Shown here: positions 12,801 to 25,879 of the stretch, piece after piece
How positions within the stretch are numbered: position 1 is the first letter of the stretch
How the letters are laid out: each line of letters opens with the position of its first letter
Assembly (NCBI RefSeq): GCF_009834535.1
Contig: NC_045697.1
Span: forward strand, 88,104,001-88,168,000
Source: Camelus ferus
Taxonomy: Eukaryota
DNA length: 64,000 bases
Reading direction: 5' to 3'
The notes under the pieces: generated by a model
Seen by the model: only the letters and a program-made list of their open reading frames with translations
Database searches by the model: none
What the model was told of the DNA's origin: nothing
Translations under genes and position numbers: made by a program

Positions 12801-15059
12801 TAATCTTCCTTATGCCTGAATATGAGCAAGAGGTGGTTGGGACACTCATTTACATTTAGAAATAAAGACAATAAATGAAATTCCGTGATCACTGTATTTA
12901 AATACAGGATAGCTCATACAAATCTCACACATTGGCTGATAAAAAGACAATGTAAATTCTTGTAAATTATGTTCAAAAGGCAAAGTCCTTCCCTTAATAA
13001 GTAAGTAATATGATGCTTCCCAACATGTTTTAACATAAAATATTTCCTTTAAAGCCCTTCGTTAGCTGGGATACCCTTAATTAAATGTTATTATATTTTA
13101 AAAATGTACTTTCCTAGTATGCTGATACCAGTCTTCATAATGTTAGTTCTGACTTCCAGGACTATAAGAAAATGAAAGATAATATTTACTCACTCAATAT
13201 GGACCTGGAAGCCTCTAGAGTTGTTTTGAAGAGGAAATGGTATTATTAAAACTATTCTTGTCATCATATAAAGCAACTACTGAAGTGCAGAGATTAAAAC
13301 CTTAAAGAACAGTTAGGAGATATCACAATGTTTCAGATAAAATATCACAACAATTTAAACTAATCTGGAGAAGTATAATTGGAAAAGAAAGACTGAAGTT
13401 GAGTGAAATTTTGTAATAAAAATGGACATAAATCAGGTTTACTAAATATGAGCCATTGGGGAAAGGCCAATGGTGAGTCCAAGTTTGCAGAATTAGTATT
13501 TGTTCAGATGGGTCACCACGAAAAAGAAAAGCAAGAGTATTTTATAATTCAGGTGTGGCAGATATACTGAATTAAGTTATGGCTGATGGAATTTGAGATT
13601 CTTATAGAATATCCAGCTTGAGATTCTTCTAAGGAGCTGAGGGACAGCACAGAAAACAGAGACAAATTGATCCTGAGGACCATAAGTGATTCTGGAGAAG
13701 AGTGGGTGTAAAAGTGTGAGGGAATATGGCCAAACTCAGTGTCTTGTTCATATTTTGGAATCCAAGTAAAGTAAAGAGCTTGAAAAGGAGGCAAAGAGAG
13801 AGTAGCTAGAAAGACAAGAGGGAGTGGGATAATCAAATGTTACAGGCAGAGGAGATAAAAGAAAAGCATTAAAAAAGGGAGATTCTGTAAAGAAATGAAA
13901 AAAGCAGGACTCAGGCAATGCTAATGGATTTGGCAATACATAGATGAATTTCTTTTGAATTCTGACAGTAGAAACCCAAATCTAAAAGCAAGAGTGACTG
14001 GTGCCTAGAGGCACTACATCCAGACATTTTTGAGTTAGCATTTTCAATAGGTCAGAGTATACGTTATGACTTTATGGGTACCACCAATAGTAGTGTGCAC
14101 GGCACATCTGGGTACCATAATCATATATGTCACAGCAAAGTGCACTTCTTTTCGTTTGTTTGCAAATTGCACGTTAACAGTCACAGTGTTAAAATTTTTG
14201 TGCTTCTTCAAACTTTAGCTGTAGTCAAGCGTCCATAGAGGGGAAACAAGAAAAGTTTGGCTATTGTTTTGAAATGCTATGTGAGTCAATAGATTTTATT
14301 CCTGATTTCTAAGATAATTTATCAGCACTAACTGATTTAAATTTCATTCTCTTCCCTTAAAAATATGTAGCATCCAGAAAGTAGTCGTGGAAGCAAAAAA
14401 GAAATGTCCAAAGATCCTAATGTTTCTACCTGAGGGAGTTGTTCATTTGTTTGATGAGGATTTACTTTAGAGGGAAGGATAAAAATATATCAATAACATA
14501 GGACTAACAGAACTAATTTCAGTTGTGCCTGCTGGTGACAGAGCTTATCAGTTTAAGTCATGCCATATAGTCATATTACATTTACGTCCACTTGTAGCCT
14601 TAGGCAAAGCTACCAAATACCGAAGGCTTATTTTACACTTCTATTTGAATATATTTCTCCTCAAAAGGAGCCAGAAATAAAGACTGCAGTGATACCCTCA
14701 ATTTTCAGACAAAATGCCTGTATTAAAGAGGTCATGACCACTATTGTTGAAGTTGGCAATGATAAACAAACACTTCCATATGTTTCCATTTATATATCTA
14801 GTAAATATGATTACTCTTGATGTAGTTATATGACATTTCAAAATGACTCCATGAAATGTAAATCATTAAAATAAAATATAAACAGAATTTATGGTATTTT
14901 TAAAATTAAGCATCTACATTGTCATATTTAAGGTATCCAAAGAATGCTTAAATATATTATATATATATACATACTAGATACATATCATATATATAGATAT
15001 AGAGAGAGATTATGGATTTAGAATAGCTAATAAACTTAAATTAATATGAAAAAGATAGA

Positions 15060-16300
15060 CTATAAAATAGAAATTTGGCTAAAGTTTTCAACAGACATTT
15101 CACAAGAGGTTATTCAAATAATGACAAAATGAAAATTAAAATGCAAATTAAAAATCACACTGAAGTACCATTATCCAGCCACCAAAATTGATAAATTGAA
15201 AAAAGTCTGAAAATATCACGTTTGTGAGCATGTGGAGCAACCAGAACTATCATATGTTGTTGGTGGGAGGGTAATTTGTTGTAAACACTATGGAAGATTG
15301 GCCATTACATGTATGCCATGTTTATTTCCTATAACGCAGCAATTCTGTGCCACTCTATGTACACTGCAGAATGAAGACAAAACATAAGACATGAATTAGA
15401 ACACTTATAATATAATATATATTAACGTTTCTTCTTTATCCATTCATCTGTCAATGAGACACTTGAGTTGCTCCATATTTTGGCTATTGTAAATAGTGCT
15501 ACTGTGAACATTGGGCTGCAGGTGTCTTTTCGAATTAGTGTTTTTGTTTCTTTCTGGAAAATATACCCAGGAGTGGAATTGCTGGGTCATATGGTAGTTC
15601 TATTTTTAGTTTTTTAAGGAACCACTATACTGTTTTCCACAGTGGCTTTACCAATTTACAGTCCCACCAACAGTGTACAAGGGTTCCCTTTTCTCCACAT
15701 CCATATCCATTTATTATTTGTAGGCTTTTTGATGATAACCCTTCTGACAGGTGTGAGGGGACATCTCATTGTTGCTTTGATTGGCATTTCTCTAATAATT
15801 ACTGATGTTGAGCATCTTTTCATGTGACTGTTAGCCATCTGTATGTCTTTGAAAAAATGGCTATTCAGGTTGGAATTGTTGACTTAAGGAAAACAAGTTT
15901 GAACAATTAAAAATGCAGTCATAGTACAATACATGGCTCTGTAGTCAACAATAGTATATAGTTCTGATGATATAACCACTGAGGGTTTAATTTAATAAAC
16001 CAATAATTGTATAATTATTTGGGAGGCTGGGGGAATACAGGTTGATGAGAGATACGTCTCCATCTGGCGTAACAAGGAGTCAGTAGGTAAATGCCAAATT
16101 ACTAATTACTAAATAGCAATGCAAGCACATTTTTAGAAATGTGGAAGTAATTACTAGAAAAAAAAAGTTAAAATTGTTTCCTGTGGAAAAATTGTCTAAG
16201 AGAGATGGGAAGACATTGGGTTGGTGACCACATTCTTTATGTGAGCCTTTTTAGTACATTAGAAAAAACAACTTTGTGTGCCTTGCCAACTTTTGATATA
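15060..16300 (+). mobile_element. L1ME-like degraded 3' fragment, interrupted
   Basis: aacagacatttcacaag, atgcaaattaaaa, catgtggagcaaccagaact. Confidence 0.55.
15428..15870 (-). mobile_element. Artiodactyl-type L1 ORF2 C-terminal fragment lacking 3' UTR and poly(A)
   Basis: ORF 15656-15838(-) [36 protein letters not shown] matches the L1 ORF2p C-terminus. Confidence 0.9.
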
Positions 16301-18079
16301 AAAAAAAAACTATAATAATAGATTAAAATGATAACATTTCAAGTTTTTTATTTTATTCTTTAAAACTCCACTAATCTTGATCAGTTTGGTAAATAAGTAG
16401 TCCATATCCTCAAAACTGTATAAGACACATATACAAGGCAGAGTTTTTTTTTTTTTAATGATACTTAAACTTTGCAATAGGGCATCAATTTAGAAAGCAC
16501 TCTACATCCAAGGCTCAGATCTACATTCAGTACTCCATATAGATGAAGTCAGTGGACGGTAGAACTCCAAAGATCTTTCTGAATGAGAAATCTAAACTTG
16601 AACGTTCACTCTCTGCCAGAAAAGTGCAGCTTTCTCTGAAATTCTCCTTCTTCCACTCTGGGCTCCTTTACCAAAGTACTTCCTTTCTATACAGTATTTC
16701 CATACCATCCTAGTAGCTTGATAGGTAACAAGCCCTAAATGGTTACATTTACTGTTGTTTATAGTTTGTTGTCACGGTTGCAGAAACACCAACTACAGCA
16801 GGCGATTAAACCAACTTCATGATATGCCTTTGCTGCAAGATCGAAGTTCTAACTTTCCAGTTGTATTTGGATCTAAAATTTGGCTTCACGTGAGTTCACT
16901 CTGTCCCAGGAAAAAGAGAAGCCAAGTTTATATTGTATATTAAATGTTCCACTGGTTGTCTCTATTTTTTCAAACATGACACGTACTTTATGGACTGGAA
17001 CATAATGGCAGGTAATAAAACCATAGGATTTATTTAAAAGTTTTTTCTTTCTCTCTTCTTTTATCCAAATCTTTCTTCTAACATTAGGTTTTCCTTAGGT
17101 TTTCAATGGCTATCTTTCATCTAACAAATAAAGCAGAGATAGCTTAAATTCTGAAAAGAAATGGTCAGAGATAAGAACTAATCAGTCTCTAGTAATTCTT
17201 TCCATTCATTTTGTTTAGTCTCTTTTTAAGTTTCTCACCACAAGTCTCTGTAACTTTAAAATCAGAACTCCATCGACCTCGTATAAAGAATTGCCGTTCC
17301 TTAGCCACAGAAGCGCTAGATGTGAGGTAGGTCGTTCTGAAGCTCCAAACAGGTGGGATTGCCATTTTCCATTCCACGAAGTACGTGCAAATTCTTGTCT
17401 TGCCTTAGAGGGAACAGTTTGCTACCCTCTAACGGGAGAAGTTCATTAAACTGTTACTAATTAAAATCTGATTTTGAGATTAGCATACAAGTGGACAAAT
17501 TTAGCATATCTGTCTATACCCATAAGATATCAATTTGAATTTGTAATGACAACAAGAGACCCAAAGTTACTCGAAGCAATTTATAGATATTCATCACTAT
17601 CGTAATTGGTGATCTTAGAGTTTCGGTTGAAGTTAAATCTGTACATATACCTGCTAAGTTATCTGGTATTTTCAGAAAGAAAATGAAACGTTATGCACTT
17701 TAAAAGAAAAAGAAAAAGAGAGAAGAGATTCTCATTTTAGTTGCTTTAGACTCAGGATATCAAAGATACCAGTGATGTTGTTTTGACAGGAGTAGAATGA
17801 TGAGTTTTCCGGAAGGCTTGCTTAGCCTCACCAGGTTTTGTCTGACACTTTTTGGGGGGACGTCAACACTCATGAATGACAACGAGTTGTGTGCTCGTGC
17901 ATCTCATTCAGTATTGGAATGCAATTCAAAATTAACGCTGCTTCAAAGATCACATTGGGAGGTACACAAGAGTCCTAAATCAAACAATGCCTGTAGAATG
18001 AAAATAATTGGGGGATTCTGTCTTTGCCAAAATGGGGTCGAGTGAAGGAGCCTCAGTCACTCCCACACTTTCTCATTAG

Positions 18080-18900
18080 TACTAGAAGCACTGGTTAAAT
18101 TGAACATCATCAACTTCAGATTCAGTGTATTAACTCACCAAACTTATCATCTCAAGCAGGCAGATTTCTATTCCAGTGATACTTTTCACTGCAAAAGGGA
18201 CTCACCGTCTCCTAGCTAATCAAACTTGAAACCTGCAAGCAATCCTAAATTTTTTCATTCTCCCTTCTATTCCGCATCTAATCATTCATGAAATTGTTTT
18301 TCCTACCTCAGAAATATGTCTGGAATATTAAAATTTCTTCTTATGTCATCATCACTGAGATTCCGAGAATTATCACTGTGAAAGTTTTCCAGTCCCTCTC
18401 TCCCATGCTTGCCCTTTCTAATCCATTCTTGGCTCAGAAACCAGGGGAGTCTTTTAGAGGATGCATTGCCGTTCTTCAAACTACGTGGTGACTTCACATT
18501 GTCTGAAGATACCCAAATTCCATATAACACTATCCACAGTCTGGTCCTTACAGCTTATCTCAGTTTACCTGTGCCCTTTGTGCTTTAAATCTTCTGACCT
18601 TCTTTCGGATTTCAAGCATTATTTGCAGAATCTCTTGTCTCTGGGATTCTGTGCTGTGTGGGGGGTGTCATACATTTGTACGGGATGCTCTTGCGCCTTT
18701 ATTTTTACCCTATTCCTGTTCATCCTTTACCTGTCAGTTTAAGACTTCGTTCTTTAAGGAAAATTCCTCATTCTTAGATAAGTTTAAATCCCTACGTTTT
18801 GACCCAAAGCCTTGTGCCCTGAACCTCTTCTTCATATTTCAATTTGCAGCTCAACGTTCGTACCTGACTCTAAGCCCCGTGTCTTTTTCTATCTTGTTCA
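18080..18900 (+). mobile_element. L2 fragment, degraded
   Basis: Pyrimidine-rich L2-like texture (tcaaacttgaaacctgcaagcaatcct..., catcatcact...). Confidence 0.45.
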
Positions 18901-21506
18901 TACTTAGCCTCCTTATTTCTACTATAAATCCTGAAATATGGTAGAAGCTTGATAAATATTGATTTATACAAATTGAAAGAAATACATCAGAATGATGAAA
19001 CATGTGTAGCAGCTTCCTTTCAAATGCTGAAGACTAGAGATTTCAAAGCATTATACTCATATTGTCATAATCCACATTTGCTTCTTGTGGTTTGCACATT
19101 AGAATTGTTTGTGAGTGTATATGCATGTGTGTGCTTATGCACAGGTGTGTGTTCTTAAAGGGCGGAGAGTGGAAAGAAAGAAAGTATAAGTGTCAAGGCC
19201 AAAAACATGATTTTGGCCAGCAGTGTGGAAAGCACTGTGGGGGACAATTTGCCTTTCTTTTATCAAAGGCCTGCCGTGTTCTGAAGTCTTTTCTAGGCTT
19301 CTCAGTAGACTCTAGAAAAGCCCATGTACCAAAACAAAAATGCTTATAAAATGCACATAGCAATCCTCCGGAGAATAAAGCGTAGCATACCCTGCTACCT
19401 TGGTCTTCCTTTAGAGATGAGAAGATCTGAGAGAATGTATAAAACCTAATCCCCTCCTGTGGTTTTAAGAAAATATTGAGAACAAAATGCCTGTAACCCT
19501 TGGCACGTAAGTGTTTCCTCTCTACCTTGTGGAAAAAGCCATTTTGTGAATCTCTGCTTTTGAAAATGAGCTAGATTTTTTTTAAGCCACTTTATTGAGA
19601 CGTCTGTATACTTTGGAAACATCACCTTTCTCAGATTCTGTACCTTGGAATAATATTTCTCTGGAGATGTTTCTAAGTTAAACAAGGAAACCTGCATGGT
19701 TTGGGGGTGGGTGGGTTACACTGCACTGTATCATACTATTAAAAATTTTGAGTATTGCCATAAAACATTTGAGTAACATAGATTAACCTAGATTTTCCAA
19801 ATATTTTATCATGCAACCAAACTCTCTGTTTCTTTGGTTTGAATGCTTATGAAAATCCAAGCCACTCAGAAAAAAAAAAAATGATTGAATCCTAGTGGAA
19901 AATGAGTTCCAATCTAGCAACCTTACCAGTGTCTTTTACCATTCAGATAACCTAACATATCCTAGTCTCAGTTACAAATTGTAAAATGACAGTACTCACG
20001 CCTACTCCCGAGTAGTGTGATGAGAATTGAATGAGATGTATATATTAGAATTCTTGCTCAAAAATCTCATTTTCTCTTCTGAGTTCCAAACCACAGGAGA
20101 AGAAATTGTGACAAAGCATTTCACATGAAATATATGCAGCAGCATTTAGTAACTAATACTTCCTCAAAGAGGAACTATTATAATATATTATTGTAATTGT
20201 AACATTTCTGTAAATCCTTAAACAACAATGTTTTTTGCACCGGGGTAACTTCAAAGATGGAGGTTTTGTATACATTCCGGTTGTTGCCATCAAGTGTCAT
20301 ACAGCAGAAAGGCAAGTAGGGCCATGCATGTGCACAGGGGACACCTGATTGGCACTGCAGTCAAAGTTCAGGGAGATGCACTTTACAGACAAGCAAAGCA
20401 ACTGCAGAAACAATAATTCTGAACGCTCTTTTACATTCATATCACTCTCAGCATGTCTGCAAATCATAAACAGGCGGAAGGAAACGTCAGAAATTGGAGC
20501 ACATAGCATGTGGGTTTTTAGACAAGTCTAGGTTATGAATTGGAAATGACTGAATTTGAATTCCTTGTCAGATTTGTGCCAGCACAGCTGACCTTTATCC
20601 CCTTACCAGTCCTTCCCTGCACCCAGTGTCCCTCACTCATGTTTAAGGAAAATTCAAGCTAAGAGGAAAACTCAGACACCATGGAGTAAACACAACATCC
20701 TCCACCTAAAGGGTCACACTTCAGAGAGAACAAATGATATTTTCCCCCGAGAGAATTGTTGTTAGCAAATATATGACAGTTCACAGACTTTCATTCCAGG
20801 GAAGCTAACTGGAAATGGAAATCACTGAATCAGGCTGTAAATGGAAATTACCTGCAGGAGTCTCAGTTATTTAAAGTTTCAGTGATTTCCCTACATGCAT
20901 TTTTGCTGAATTCATGTTTAAGAAATAAGAAAGTCAAACCATGGTTTCTCTTTTAAAAAGACAAAAAAGTAAAACTACATTCTAAGGTTCTGAAATCATT
21001 CATTGCTTTGCCTGGTTAATTTCCAAGATCTAAACAGCAAATTAGCAAATAGCAAAGGTCGTGTATAGATTTTTGGAATGGATTAAGAACATTTTATTTG
21101 ATTTTAAAGTGAGAGGAAACACGAGGCATAAGAAACACAGTGTTGTACCAAGTATGTTGGAGAAGTTCAACTGGGTGGTGGTTGCTTCACCTTCTGAGAT
21201 GAACATTTTTCTTTAAGAAAGAACCACATTTCATTTATCTAAATTATATTTCATTTTATGTATTGGTACTTGGTATATGGCAAACTATCATCATTGGTCC
21301 AGGTATAAGATTTTTAAGTTATTTTTTATTTATTCACATTTTTAGTTACTCATTTAATAATAAAATGAATCCCTGTGAAACTAGCTCCCAAACCAAACAC
21401 TAAAGCCTCACAAACGAGTTACTTCCAAGGGCTTCTCCCCTATACTGTTTCTCTGTCTTCCCTGCTCCCAGAGGTAAACATTATTCTGATTTTTGAATTT
21501 ACTACT

Positions 21507-21692
21507 TGTAGTGGATGCTGAGGTTAGCTGCTGGGATCATCTGTTTATGATTGAGGAACTTACTCAGCTAAGTACTGGGAAAGTTGATGATTGGCACATT
21601 TTCCTGTATCTCTCTCTTGGAATTACCTGAGAGTCTTCACATCCAAGATCTAAGGTCACTTCCTTTCTCAGGGACGGCATGCATTCAATTGG
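21507..21692 (+). mobile_element. LTR16-like ERVL LTR 5' fragment
   Basis: tgtagtggatgctg...ggaattacctg...aaggtcacttcc...gcattcaattgg resembles the LTR16 5' end. Confidence 0.6.
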
Positions 21693-21833
21693 TGTGTGTG
21701 TGTGTGTGTGTTGTGTATGTGTACGTGTGTGTGTACATGTGTGTATGTGTGTGTTGTGTGTGTATATGTGTTACGTGTGTGTCTGTGTGTGTATGTGTGT
21801 GTTATGTGTGTGTGTATGTGTGCGTGTATGTGT
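21693..21833. repeat. Imperfect (TG)n/(TGTA)n microsatellite, ~140 bp
   Basis: Long, nearly uninterrupted purine-pyrimidine alternation. Confidence 0.95.
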
Positions 21834-22612
21834 GGTACAGCCACTTTAGAAAACAGTTTGATACTTTCTTATAATACTAAATACGCACAATTGTATAGCA
21901 GAGCTATGGAAAACTCAGGCATTTATTCCAGAGAAATGGAAACTTATGTTCATTAAAACGAACAAAAAATCTGTACATGAAAAATAACAGCTTTATTCAT
22001 AAGAGCTACAAACTGAAATCAACCCAGATGTCCTTCACAGGCAAATGGTTAAACCAACTGTGGTGCATCCACACCATGAAAAACTACTCAACAATAAAAT
22101 GGGAAAATGGCTAATACAGGCAACAACATAGATGAATCAACAGGGAGTAATAATGGCAGAAAAAACTCAGTCCCCCAAAATTACATACTACATGATTCCA
22201 TTCATATAAGATTCTTGAAATAACAAAGATATAGAAATGTAGAACAGATCAGTGGTTATCAGAAGTTAGGGATAAGGCCTGGGAGGTGTGGTTATAAAAA
22301 AGAAACAGGAGGGATCCTTGAGATGGGTTCTTCTATATCTTGACTATAATGCTTGACCCGGAAACCTATACATGTAATAAAATTCCATAGAACTAAATAT
22401 ACCCACAAAAAGGAGTACAAGTTAAACTTGGGGAATCTGAATAAGGCTGGTGGTTTGTATCTGTGTTCTCCTTGTTGTGATATCGTGGTATAGTTTTGTA
22501 AGATGTTACTAGTGGGAGACACTGCATAAAGAGTCCAGGATCTCTCTCTGGTATTTCTTACAATAATATGTGAATCTACAATTATCTCAAAATAAAAAGT
22601 TTAACTGAAAAA
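21834..22612 (+). mobile_element. L1MC/MD-like 3' end
   Basis: tggtacagccacttt.gaaaacagtttg...; terminal gtgaatctacaattatctcaaaataaaaagttt. Confidence 0.85.
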
Positions 22613-22619
22613 TATAATG

Positions 22620-23690
22620 CTTGTTTTTAAAGTTGATAGTAGTTCATACTATGTACTGTCTTTGGGGATATTTTCCTTCTTTCAGATACTCCCCAGTGTA
22701 TTTGTATGACAGGTTAATACCAAGATATATTCAATCTCTTGTGGATTTCTTTCATTCAGTTTTACTGCTGTTTAATATTCCATTGTGGCTATAATTCATG
22801 TGTATCTTCTACTATTGATTAGCATTTGTGCTCTTTTAAGTTTTTGTTATTATGAACAGTCTTGCCTTAGTACACATGGTATTCTTGGGCAAGTGTTTCT
22901 AGTTCATTGATTTGCTCCCATTAGTCCTTTAAATTTGGAATTTATTCCGTGTGCCTTTTATAACTAATTCCAACCCTATTTCTTCCCTAGTATAAAGATT
23001 TAAGGCTATGCATTTCCTTCAAAATATAGTTTCTGAATTTTTCCACAGGGCCTGATGTACAGTGTAGCTATCCTTAGTTAATTATTTTTAAAAATTTACA
23101 TGGCCAAATTTTTTCACAAATTGTTTAGATAATTTTTTTTAAATTTCCAAATAAAGGGGATGGGGTTTGTTTATTCATCTTTTGTTGTTGCTCTTTTACA
23201 TGTTTAACTGAATTGCATGATCCTGAGAAAACGTGATCTGCATGATCTCAATGCTTTGAAAGTTATTGGTACCTGATTCATGACCTAAATAATCAATTTT
23301 GTAAATGTGCCATATACACTCAAGAAAAATGTGTTTACTCTCAGAGTACAAAAATCTGTGCAACTCCATTAGAATAAACTTGTTATTTTTACTGTTCAAA
23401 GCATATCTTAAATTATTTTTTGGCTATTTGCCTTTTCAGTGATTAATAGAAGAATGTTAAATTCTCCCTCTACATTAGTAGATTTACCTTAACCTCCTCA
23501 GTAATTCTATCAATTTTTTTAAAAAAATGTATACAATATGAGGTTATCTTATTAGAGGCAAATGCAGTTAAAATTGTTATATCTTTGGGTGAATTTAAAC
23601 TTTGATCATTTTTATAGAAACCCTAAAATGTATTTTGCTTTAATGTCTTTTTTTTGTCTGAAATCATAGCTAAATCAGCTTCATTTTGTT
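22620..23690 (-). mobile_element. L1ME-like fragment with endonuclease-domain remnant
   Basis: ORF 23196-23399(-) KIDYLGHE...FQSIEIMQITFSQDHAIQL resembles the L1 EN motif KIDHILGH...IEI...FSDHNAIKL. Confidence 0.7.
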
Positions 23691-25879
23691 TCCTGACCTG
23701 AAATGTGAGCTAATTACTATGAAAGTAGAAAATTTTCTTTCATTTCTTCTGAGAATAGAAAACAATCAATGAACAACCTGTACCTTGGATTATTCTGGGG
23801 TTATCACTTGTGGTTCAAGATGCAACATGACTTACTAAAGATTTTACAGTACAATTACTTTACAGTAAACTTTATTATTTCTATATATTTGTTTGGAAGG
23901 ACAGTGCATTTAAAATGTAGATTTTTTTTATGCATATCTTCAATTATTTATAAATCATCCATGAAAGCATGTCGCCTTTTTTATTTCCCTCTAAGCAATT
24001 TTTTATTATGTATGTGAAAGCAAGCAAGCCCCTCTCCTAAAAAAGTAAGATACAAATAATATATTTATTTTAAAATCCTCAGAGATTTCGACTCTCACTC
24101 TTAGAATGAAGGGTCTCCTAAGCAGGGAAAGTTAGGTAGTTTTATGCACCATATCACATTCTGCATGCCAGTAAGTTCAATGCCATCTTTATCATGTCCC
24201 TTAAGCAGGCCTTACCCTGTCCTATATTTCCATGTACATTTTAGGCAGATAAATATAGAAATAAAGATATAATTAAGGTCATTTAGAAGAAAAGAAAAAC
24301 AACAGAATAAACACTTAAGTGGATATGTAACTCATGCATTGAAAAATAAGGATGTCATCTTTTCCCTCAGAATAAATCAGAAAGCTTTCAAAAACAATGT
24401 ATGGGGCACTGTAAAATATTTAGCTGATGTTACTAGGACCTATCCCAGCTCTAAAATACTGATCCTTTTACGAGTAACAAATCTGGGGTTCTTGACAAAT
24501 GATCAGCATTTTCTTAAGTGTTCCACTTTGGCAAGCTTTCAGGAAAAATCTCAGCAGAAAGTAAGGTCCTTGCCTTCCTCATTTAAAGATTGTTTAAGGA
24601 GTCAATAAAATTTCTGACCTTATTTTATCTGGACATTTTTTCCATTTGTTTAAACTATTGAATTTTAAAAGAAACCTAGTGGAAAAAGAACAGACATTGA
24701 CCATGGTATGTGCCTAGTTTAACCTCCTTTTCCAAAGGAAGATCTTTCACAAGGTTGACAACAATTGCTGGTCACAGCCTTCCAACTTTTCTTCCAGGCA
24801 CATAGCTGCCTCATTTATCTTTCAAAAGCATAGCTCCCAGCATGTAACTCCTCCCACTTCCCGTCTTAATAAACGTCAGTGGCTAGCCATTAACTTCACA
24901 TCTGTGCTGGCAGTGCTTGACCTGTATCTCCAAGCTAGATCGTTTTCTACCGAGATCTGAATTTACATTTACAATTCCATTTCACAATTTCCTTTCATGT
25001 ACCTATGCTCCAGCCAAACTCAGGGTTGGTATATATTCTGTCCTTTAATCATGCTGGTTTCTTTCCTTGGCTGGTCCTTTTCCTCATCCTGTACCAAAGA
25101 CAGTTAACATTCTTCACTGTTCTGCTCAGATAGGACTTCACCTCTTTAGTGAACTCTGCCTTAGACCCCCTCTAAGCTAAAAATATGCTTCCCTCCTTCT
25201 GAATTACACATTAGCACAATATATGTGGAAAATATGACTTCTATTATATTATGTATTTGCATGTCTTCAATTTCCCAGCAACCTTCCAACAGCAATTGAT
25301 CAAGTGAGTGCTACGCTAGGAAATGGAATAGAATGGTGAGCCTAACAGCATTCCATGTGGACAAAGTTCATGCCAGAAGTGTGGGAAGACTGTATCTTCT
25401 CTAGGACAATAAAGAATAGTTCAAAATAATGAATGGTAAAACAATAGGCTGAATCACTGCAAACAGTCTAGGGTTTATATAAATGGAAAATAAAATCTCT
25501 AGTACAAAACTGTTAACCCTCAAGGTCAAAAAGGACAAAGATGGCTAAGGAGATGTATTCCCCAAGTATCCTCTGTTCCAGTTTAAACTTTGGCCGAGGA
25601 ATATTACAATGTTTACAAAAGCTTTTTAGTGAGATAGACTTTCCTTCTAAAGAAAAAAGAATGATGAAGAGTCATATACATATTTAAGAAACTGGCCTCA
25701 TGAGTTCATGAAATTAAGATTACAAATTTGGACTTCATTTTGTAGGCTTTTATTTATCAAACTGAGTGGGCTGATAACATTCTCAGGTGTTTGTGATTCT
25801 AAAATTTTGATGATTATCTAAAATTAATGAGTATTCTGGAACATTAGATGGCCACTTTAAATGCTAATACAGCTGCTGG

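Noticed and set aside
17797..17845. ATGATGA...CTGA, resembling a C/D box snoRNA
   Set aside because: Too short (~50 nt), no convincing terminal stem or recognisable guide.
21584..21956. Cys/Val-rich ORFs
   Set aside because: Translation of the (TG)n microsatellite.
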